Origin: a virus
Lineage: Duplodnaviria; Caudoviricetes
Strand: one strand, 5' to 3'
DNA length: 64,000 bases
IMG/VR virus record: IMGVR_UViG_3300028833_000065
Under the pieces are notes generated by a model, which saw only the letters and a program-made list of their open reading frames with translations, did not search any database and was not told the DNA's origin. The position numbers and the translations under genes are program-made. Positions within the stretch are counted from its first letter, which is position 1. Each line of letters opens with the position of its first letter. Positions 55,907-64,000 of this stretch are shown piece by piece.

Positions 55907-56339
55907 TTAAATATCGTCAGATGTATACTCAATTGTATAGCCCTGTGCTTTCAGTGCTTTTACAGCTTCTCTGTCAACCGGGACAATAATTTCGTCCCAG
56001 TCAGCTGTAAAGCCAATAAAGTTGTGAACAGTAGCGATGTTTTCACAGATGGTGATTTTTGCGTATTCTTTCATAACTATTCTCCTTTCATGGGAAGGGC
56101 TTGCGCCCTTCCCATTACATCCATGTTGTGTATTCTGTCCAGTCAAAGCCATTGGTTCCAAAGCTTACAGCTTTTTCTCTGACCATGATACAGAACAGCT
56201 TTCCATTGGGGCTTTCCGCATCATAGTCCCGTCCGCACTGGTTCACGAACCAAGCAGGGCTTTCAATAATGCGCTTTACAAGTTCCGCGCTGACTTCCAT
56301 CGTGTGCGTGTTCTCGCAATTGTGAATATAATACTTCAT
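55907..56339 (-). other. Two small hypothetical genes separated by repeated hairpin GGGAAGGG(G)C-x4-GCCC(C)TTCCC
   Basis: ORFs 56115..56339 and 55907..56074; similar hairpins at ~56092 and ~56366. Confidence 0.55.
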
Positions 56340-56397
56340 TGTTCTTTTCCCCTTTCCTTTTCGTTGGGAAGGGGCTTGCGCCCCTTCCCGGTTTGTC

Positions 56398-56964
56398 TTA
56401 CTTCTGGAAGTATTCTTCCAGTGTCGGCATGTTTTCCAGCACTTCCCACAACCTGTCTTCCATCCTAGGCGTGATGGTCTGAATATTGATCTGCCTGCCG
56501 AGCTTTGTTTCCTTATCCTGCTTACTCACTTTCAGAGAGCTTGCAAGCCCGTTCTTACCGATCTTTGTGAGCGTTTCGATGAATTCCGACCGGGTGAAAA
56601 CCCAAGTCATATTCATGAAGTTGCTCTTGTTCAGGAATTGAGTGAAGGGTGCCCAGCATACGAGCACGGCATCCGGCAGGATGTTTTCCGCCGTACAATC
56701 TTCGGCCGTAAAGCCTTCACCATAGGCAACGGCGCCCGAACCTGTCTTAATCTCGATTGCGCCAATACCCTTCCGGCTTACATCGTTCGAACCGAGCTTG
56801 CGACAACGAACATCATTCGCGCGAGTGATGCCCCTAACAAGGATATAGTCGCGAACGACAACGTCCATCAGCTTTCCCATACTTCCTGTGCTGTGCTTGC
56901 TATCCTGCCGGGCAAGCTCTTTTTCATAGTTGGAAAGTTTTTCAAGATACTCAGAACGCTTCAT
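56398..56964 (-). CDS. PD-(D/E)XK nuclease-like protein
   Basis: NDV......AIEIKTGSG; own promoter near 57055-57082. Confidence 0.45.
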   Translation of the reverse strand: MKRSEYLEKLSNYEKELARQDSKHSTGSMGKLMDVVVRDYILVRGITRANDVRCRKLGSNDVSRKGIGAIEIKTGSGAVAYGEGFTAEDCTAENILPDAVLVCWAPFTQFLNKSNFMNMTWVFTRSEFIETLTKIGKNGLASSLKVSKQDKETKLGRQINIQTITPRMEDRLWEVLENMPTLEEYFQK

Positions 56965-57310
56965 GATTGTGTCCCCCTTATAATAGTTATAGTCTTATCT
57001 TCACCGCATCGGCCTGCTCATATCATCGCCGGCTGCCCGTCTCGGTATGTCTAGATTATACTCTTTCTGTTTTAAATGTCAAGCACTTTTTTGATTTTTT
57101 TTGAAAAAAATTTTTATGCGTTTTATCCTATATAAGACGAATAATAATAATGATAAAAATATAACCATTTAAGACGCTGCCTTTTAACACTTCACCGCGC
57201 TAAAGTGCGGATAATTTTATCACTTTTTATTGATAAATATATAACCATTATCCCGGCATAAAATTGTGTTAGTTATCACTAACTCGGGCGGTTAGTTAGT
57301 CATAACTAAC

Positions 57311-57467
57311 TGTGGATAAAGTTGTGGATAAAATTATCCACAAGCCTGTGGATAATTCTGTGGAAAACCTGTGGAAAACTTTATCCACAGCCCTGTGGAT
57401 AAACCTGTGGATAACTTTATCCACAACCCGGGGGATATTTTCAGGCTGTGGATAAACCTGTGGATAA
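57311..57467. promoter_or_regulatory. Cluster of 12 DnaA boxes
   Basis: 10 perfect TTATCCACA/TGTGGATAA (57311, 57323, 57334, 57347, 57381, 57394, 57406, 57417, 57447, 57459) plus 2 TGTGGAAAA (57359, 57370). Confidence 0.9.
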
Positions 57468-57603
57468 CTCGGGGCATGCCCTCCCCAAATTCCACCAACT
57501 TTTTTAAAAATGAACCTTAAAAAATAAAACTTATTAAACTCAAATACTTGACAACCCATTACCCGATATGATACAATTAAAATAAAGGAGGTGTTGCAAT
57601 CAA

Positions 57604-58911
57604 ATGAAAAAAGCATATTCATTAGATTATAACATAGAAAGAGACACCGACCGTTTGGAATTGGTAAAAGGTATTCTAGATACCTTACCCAACGACCCTT
57701 CGCCGCAAGATTTAGAACAAATGGCCACCTACATATTATACGGCAAGGATGAAAACGGACTGTCCTCTCTAAAGCGTGGAGAAGTATATAATAACTCCAA
57801 GCGCTACAACACATTTAAAACCTCCGACGATTATGTTCTTTCGCTAGATGAAATACTTGAAAATCCCGCTACCGACGAACAAGAATTCCGTAGTGCCTAC
57901 AAGCGCGACATTTACAAGAAATCCGTTCCTACCATATAGCGCCCCAAGTACGATAAAAAAACTGGCGAACTAATTGATATCGGAGACGCCGACATCCCCG
58001 GTATGGTAGAACTTTGGGAGCGCCTAGACCACCTAGACAAGTGGGTTCAGATGTTATCAGGCAAGTTGCCGCCAGAGGAAGGCTTTCTTATGTTTGAGGA
58101 TGACTATCGCCTCTACCGCCTCAAACATAATTTGGTAGATATGAAGAGGACGCAATACTACCTAAAGGATGTATATAAGCCGCAATTGCGCTTTTAGGCG
58201 CTAGACCACCCCAAACCCCAATTCTACGAATGGGATGGGGAATCCGCCTACTGGATACCCTATGAGGAATGGGAATATCGCGTTACCCACTCCTACACCC
58301 ATACAATTTCAACGCGCCTTGAGGACTATGAAACACGCGGCGAACCCCCGCATCTAGAAGTGCGCTGGATTGTATGCCGCCATAATTTTGATTGGGAAAA
58401 CTACAAACATATTTACGCCCTTATGAATAACTATTTGCCGCTGCGCGAATAGCTTAAAGATAAGTTAAATACATATGGGCGCACCCTTATTTGGGACCTT
58501 GAGCGCTACGTAGAAATGACCCCATTGTCCCCAATTCGCCGCGCCATTGTTTATAAAGTAATGGACCAAATGCCGCGCGAACAAATATGCCAAGAGCTGT
58601 AGGAAGAATTTGGCTTTACCTACAACGCCTACTATCTTAGCACCCTTATCGCCAACGATATCCCAAAAGAAATTGCGCGAACCGCCGCAAAGCATCGTAT
58701 CCTGTGCGAGACCCCGAAATCCGAACTAAAAGTATGTAAGGGTTGCGGCCAAGCCTTACCGCGCCATGCCCTATTCTATACAAAAAACGCCGGCCGCAAG
58801 GATGGTTTTTAGTCCTATTGCCGAGATTGCGAGCGCAAACGCCGCATAAAGAGGGGGGAATAGAATGAGTATGACGGAAGAAAAAAAGACCAAGCGATGC
58901 TATAGGTGTAA
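57604..58911 (+). CDS. Putative transcription regulator (sigma region-4-like HTH plus C-terminal CxxC..CxxC finger; 435 aa, code 15)
   Basis: Co-frame fragments joined by TAG; LSPIRRAIV...REQICQEL*EEFG...; CKGC...CRDC; promoter TTGACA..TACAAT. Confidence 0.5.
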
Positions 58912-59818
58912 GGTAGATAAGCCGCTAGAAGCCTATCAATATACACCATCGCGCTTCTTTCCCGGCCATCGTTCCTATATCTGTACTTCATGCCTTGAGG
59001 CAACTACCCCGCAAGACAACCTAGGTGAGGTTGACCGCGTAATGCGCTGGTTGGACTTGCCGCTGGACCTTAACAAATGGACGCAACTTTACGCGCAATA
59101 CAAGGACCATACCTTTACCGCGTACTTCAATCTACTGTATGATGACCATTATGCGGCATTAACCTGGCAAGAAGAGAACGCGCGATGGGAATTGGCGCGA
59201 AAAGAAGGCACCATTGATGATGAGATTAAGGCAATTTCAGAAGCCAAAATGAAGCACCTAAAGAAGGTATGGGGCCCAACCTATAAGGCCGATGAACTTC
59301 TTTGGCTTGAGGACTTCTACAATAAAATCGTAGCAACTCAAAACGTTTCCACTCCAATTCTTTAGGAAAAGGCGCGCGACTTTTGTGAGCTTTAGTGGCA
59401 TATTAAATAGGGACTGCGCGAAGGCATTGATGTTTCTAAGATGATGAAGCAGGCTGACGACATTGTTAAAACCTACCACTTTGAGGCATCCAATGCGAAG
59501 TCCGCGGCGGACTTTGAGTCTGTTGGGGAACTTATGGTTTATTTTGGCAAGAAAGGGTGGCATCCAAATTGGCATACTGAGCCACAAGATTCCATTGACT
59601 TTATGATGGAAAATATTCAAAATTATTTGTAGCGGCTGGTCCGCAATGAAGGCAACTTTGCCGAATAGGTAGAAGATAAGCGCGCGAAGTATAATATGAC
59701 TGAACGCCTTGAAGAAATTGAAAATGAAAAGGTTGAGTTTGACGAAACCGCCGACATTGAATATGAAGGCGATAGCGAACTTGCCGCCGAGCTATAGGGA
59801 GGGGAGTAGGATGAGTGA
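58865..59818 (+). CDS. Zn-finger protein, candidate terminase small subunit (code 15)
   Basis: CYRC..CTSC; co-frame fragments; directly upstream of the large terminase. Confidence 0.5.
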
Positions 59819-61601
59819 ATTTCAATAGGAGACCCTAATGCGCGACGGCATCCCAATTGAAAAAGGCGTCATCCTCACTAAAGATTTTTTAGATAGTAAT
59901 CAAGAATTGTTTACTAAGTATCTTAATTTATGGATACTATATCCTGACCTTTGGCTAGACATGATATAGGACAGAACAGACGCTTAGCACTTTCACTTAA
60001 TGCCTTTTCAGCGCATAGAACTTCGCGCAGCAATGCGCTATCGTTATACGTTCTGGACGGCAACCCGTGCTACATCCAAGTCCTTTACGGCATACCTTGG
60101 CGCGATTGTTAAAGCGGTATTGTTGCCCGGCTCCACGATTATGATTGCTTCTGACGTAAAAGGCACGGTTATTAAAATTGCGGAAGCGAAATTCGCAGAA
60201 ATTTTTAGGCATTGGCCTCTCCTAGAAAAGGAATTGGCAACCCGCACGGAAGATGGCAAAACTGGCATCAAATCTAGCGGCAACTACTATGAAATTCGGC
60301 TAAAGAATAAATCCGTTATTACTGTTGTTTCTAAAGATACTTCCCGTGGTTTGCGCGCAACCTCCGCTATATTGGAAGAAGCGGCGCTTATTGAAGAAGT
60401 CGCATTTAACGAAGTCCTATGGCCGCAAATGAACATTGCGCGCCGTGAAGTTGATGGCACCCTTAATCCAGACGAACCATCTGCCTCACAGATTTTCATT
60501 ACTACTGCCGCCGAACGCACTGTATTCATGTATTAGAAATTGATAGAGATAACCGTGAATGCGGTATTGCGCCCGAAGGAGTATTTCTCTTGGGGCTTGT
60601 CCTATGAAGTCCCCCTACATTATGGGCTTCTAGATAAAGCAACCTTAATGGACCAGCGCTATTCTAATACTGTAAGTGAAGAATCGTTTGCGCGAGAATC
60701 TTTATCTATCTGGAGTGGTAATAGCTCCGATGCTTGGCTTGACTCACGTCGCCTAAATAAGCATCGTTCATTACTTAAATGCGAACGCCATGCTTACTAT
60801 AGCGACACATGCCCAGATGCCTGGTATGAGATTGGCGTTGACGTTGGTCGCTATAGTGCGAATACTGCCATTATGGTTATTAAAGTCTATCCAAATGATT
60901 AGCGCTATAAAAAAAGCGTAGTTTATACCGAAGTTATTAATGGCGCCAACTACATTACAGATTAGGCACCTCGTATTAAAAAATTAATTTAGCTTTACAA
61001 ACCGCGCGAGGTCGTAATTGACGGCAACGGCCCTGGCATTGGTTTAATGGACGCAATGGCGGTTCCATCTTACGATAAAAATACCGGCGAATAGTATCCC
61101 GCCTATTATACCTTCAATAATGAGAATCATTTGCCGCCAGAGCTTAAAATAGAATAGGAGGAACCTATTCCGGCCTACAACGCTATTCTCTATGATATTA
61201 AGGCCGGTGCCTCAAATGAAGATGCTATTCATGCGGCATTCCTTACTGCCATAAATACCGGCTCAGTATCATTTTTGGCGCATGAGCGCATTGTAAAGGA
61301 TAAACTAATGAAAACCAAGAAAGGACAAAAAATGTCTGCCTATGATAGGCGCGTTTTCTTACTACCATATGAAATGACTTCTCGCCTTATGGATGAACTT
61401 AATAATCTGCGGCTGAAGCCCACAGGAGTAGAAAATAAATATAAAGTAGAACGAATTTCACGCTCTATTGAAAAAGACCGTTTTAGCGCATTGGAATATT
61501 CTTTATACCGAATTAAATACTATGAAGATAAAGAAATTTTTAAAAAACGGAAGAAAAAGTTAAAACAGTATGCTTTCTTCAGTCCTAAAAATAGGGGGTG
61601 A
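59811..61601 (+). CDS. terL: Terminase large subunit (596 aa, code 15)
   Basis: ATRATSKSF (Walker A), SRGLRA..ILEEAA (Walker B), FITTA, IGVDVGR, VIDGNGPG and KDRFSALEY. Confidence 0.9.
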
Positions 61602-61606
61602 GGTTT

Positions 61607-63139
61607 ATGAAAAATTTCAAGCCATATATTCAATTTGCTAAAAACAATCGGGCATTTAAAGTACCAATTGATGGTAGTAGAGTTGGTCGCTACAATTCTT
61701 CTATGAGGAGCAATCCCGTTGGTTGGCATGATTTTACGATTGAGGAAATTGAAGATATTATTAGGTCTGGCGATTTAGACACTTTACGATAGCTATCTCG
61801 CTACTACTATCGTACAAATAGTGAATATCGCGAAAATATTGATTACTTAGCCACCTTGCCTTTTTATGATACAATTGTCACCCCTATCTTTGAAGAAGGA
61901 AAAGGTTCAAAGGCTTAGATTATTAAAGCATTCTATAGTGCTTGCGATTTTGTTGATAAGCTTGACCCAAAGAATACATTTACGCGTATCACAAAATCTT
62001 GGTTAATCAATGGTATGTATAATGGAATTTTGCGCCAAGTTGGCGACAAAGTTTCCATTCAGGACCTTCCGCTGGAGTATTGCCGCACTAGATTCAAGGA
62101 TTTTAATAATTTGAATATTCTTGAATTTAACGTAACCTATTTCGAGCGTCTTTTCCATGATGATAAAGAACGGGCACAAATTGTTGCTTCGTTCCCAGAA
62201 CCCATTCAAAAGCATTGGAGGCTCTGGAAAGAGAAAAAGACTGCCGACCCCTGGGTTATGCTTTCATCCGCCGACGGCGGCATTAACTTCTGTTTTTCGG
62301 ACGATCAAACGCCATTGTTAATCGCGGCAATTCCACGATTACGAAATCTTAAAGACGCCGTTGGGCGCGAAGAAAAGCGCGATGAAAATGAATTACACAA
62401 ATTACTAATTCAACGCATGCCTATCGATAATCAAGGTGAATTAGTATTTGAACTACCTGAAGTAGAAGATATTCATTAGGGCGTTGCGGCAATGCTTTAG
62501 GATTTAGATACGGTTGATGTTTTAACCACTTTCGGTGAAACATCTCTTGAAAATCTCTAGGATTCCTCCGCAGCATCTCAATCTGCGGACCGTATTGAAA
62601 AGTATTCAAAGAATGCTTGGAATGCTCTTGGTAGAGGCTCAATTCTTTTTAATGCTGAAAATAGCTCCACGCTGGCTTATAGCATTAAGAAAGATGAAAG
62701 CTTAATGAAAAGCTACTTGAACATGTATAGTACTTGGATAAAGTACGAAATCAATTCAAGGTTTTCGCGCACTGGATTATCATTTGATTTTGAGATTTTA
62801 CCAACTACTATGTTCAATATAAAAGACTACCAGAGTATGTATTTCTAGGGTGCCCAATTTGGTTATTCCAAAATGCGCGCGGGCGTAGCTAGCGGCATAA
62901 AGCAACTAGCACAGTTAAGCTTAATGAACTTTGAAAATGATTTCCTCAAGATGTCAGAAAAGATGATTCCTTTAATGTCATCTTATACTACTTCTGCCAA
63001 CGGAGATTCCAAGAGCGGAAGCAGCAGTGGAGGAAGTAAAACGACATCGGTAACTGTTGGAAATTAGGGTGGTCGTCCAGAGTTGCCCGATGAAGAAAAA
63101 TCTGAGAAGACTCAGGCCAATATAGCGGCCATGGGTTAA
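61607..63139 (+). CDS. Portal protein (510 aa, code 15)
   Basis: Follows terL; LSRYYY, LPLEYCR, IPLMSSYT and GGRPE C-terminus; co-frame fragments. Confidence 0.75.
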
Positions 63140-63150
63140 GGAGAATATGT

Positions 63151-64000
63151 ATGAATAAGCAAATACCTATTTACTTTGATAGCGTAGTTATTGCTTCTCC
63201 TACAATGCCTATCTCTAGCGACAATCCAGAATTGGGCCGTTTAAAGGTTGGGGTTTTCACCAAGTATGGGAACCGGAACGGTTCCTACATTACGGATGAA
63301 ATCGCAGAACAATTGATTGCCAGTGCTACTAGGGGTGATACTCCTGTAGTTGGATTCTTTGACCCGGAATCCAAAAGCTGGGCAGGACATACTGGCCCAC
63401 TACTAGCTAGCGCATATGGCTATGTAGAATCATTTGAAGGGTGGCAACCTTTTACAGACACAGATGGAATTGAGCGCGATTACGCTGTATTTTCTGTTGT
63501 ATTGTTTAATAAATATTTTGATGAAGCAAAATTGGTTGTGGGTCAGCACCAATCAATGGAATTGAATAGGGATACTATTCAAGGTGATTGGGCAGAAATA
63601 GACAACCAAGAATATTTTGTATATACAAATGCCGCAATAATGGGGCTATGTATTATAGGAGAACATGAGCCATGTTTCTCTGTATCTACCTTCTTTGCTA
63701 AGGAAGATAATAATTACGCTTCACAATATGAAAAGTTCTCTTCACTTTTATCCGGCTTAAAGGAACAAGTTGAAGAGGCGGAAAATAAACAAAAGGGAGG
63801 AGAACAACCTATGGAAGATTTTGAAAATAACGTAGGCACTCCCGCGGAAGAGCCTGTAACTGAACCAGTTATAGAAGAACCGGCAGCAGAACCTGCTGTT
63901 GAGGAACCGGCACCCGCCGTTGAACCCGAAGCAGAACCTGCCGCTGAACCTGCGGCTGAGCCAGTTGATTTTGAAGCTCTCCAAAATTCTATTACGGAAT
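63151..64000 (+). CDS. Prohead protease/scaffold protein (partial)
   Basis: KYGNRNGSYIT, PVVG, QSMEL and LCIIG..EPCF, followed by an acidic Pro/Glu-rich region. Confidence 0.7.
   Translation, partial: MNKQIPIYFDSVVIASPTMPISSDNPELGRLKVGVFTKYGNRNGSYITDEIAEQLIASATRGDTPVVGFFDPESKSWAGHTGPLLASAYGYVESFEGWQPFTDTDGIERDYAVFSVVLFNKYFDEAKLVVGQHQSMELNRDTIQGDWAEIDNQEYFVYTNAAIMGLCIIGEHEPCFSVSTFFAKEDNNYASQYEKFSSLLSGLKEQVEEAENKQKGGEQPMEDFENNVGTPAEEPVTEPVIEEPAAEPAVEEPAPAVEPEAEPAAEPAAEPVDFEALQNSITE

Noticed and set aside
57296-57814. 172-aa minus-strand ORF
   Set aside because: Artefact of translating the DnaA-box repeats and the antisense of 57604...
27000-61000. Apparent excess of GCGC/CGCG
   Set aside because: Impression only; could reflect GCG/CGC codon preference and cannot be quantified by eye.
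1-64000. Suppressor tRNA (CUA) or other tRNAs
   Set aside because: No cloverleaf with a T-loop was recognised by eye; needs tRNAscan/ARAGORN on the whole genome.

Overview
The window is 64 kb of a large tailed dsDNA phage, probably infecting a Firmicute (sigma-A promoters, AGGAGG Shine-Dalgarno sites, SpoIID, DnaA boxes). It reads TAG as Gln (genetic code 15), so the supplied standard-code ORF track breaks many genes into fragments. Layout: 1-26.7 kb (- strand) tail, fibre and lysis genes, including a ~3280-aa CotH-kinase-like/LRR tail protein. 26.8-38.1 kb holds middle genes: deaminase, SpoIID, Thg1-like, an endonuclease, a wHTH initiator-like protein next to iterons, and an SF2 helicase next to a large inverted repeat. 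39.4-57 kb is an early region of self-contained promoter-gene-terminator cassettes separated by 29 copies of the 19-bp palindrome TTAGATGT-NNN-ACATCTAA; four cassettes are inverted between sites. This region also carries a covarying 5'-leader RNA motif and several non-coding transcripts. At 57.3 kb there are 12 DnaA boxes at the strand switch. 57.6-64 kb (+ strand) holds a regulator, terminase, portal and prohead protease/scaffold. All calls come from reading the sequence by eye; no searches were run.
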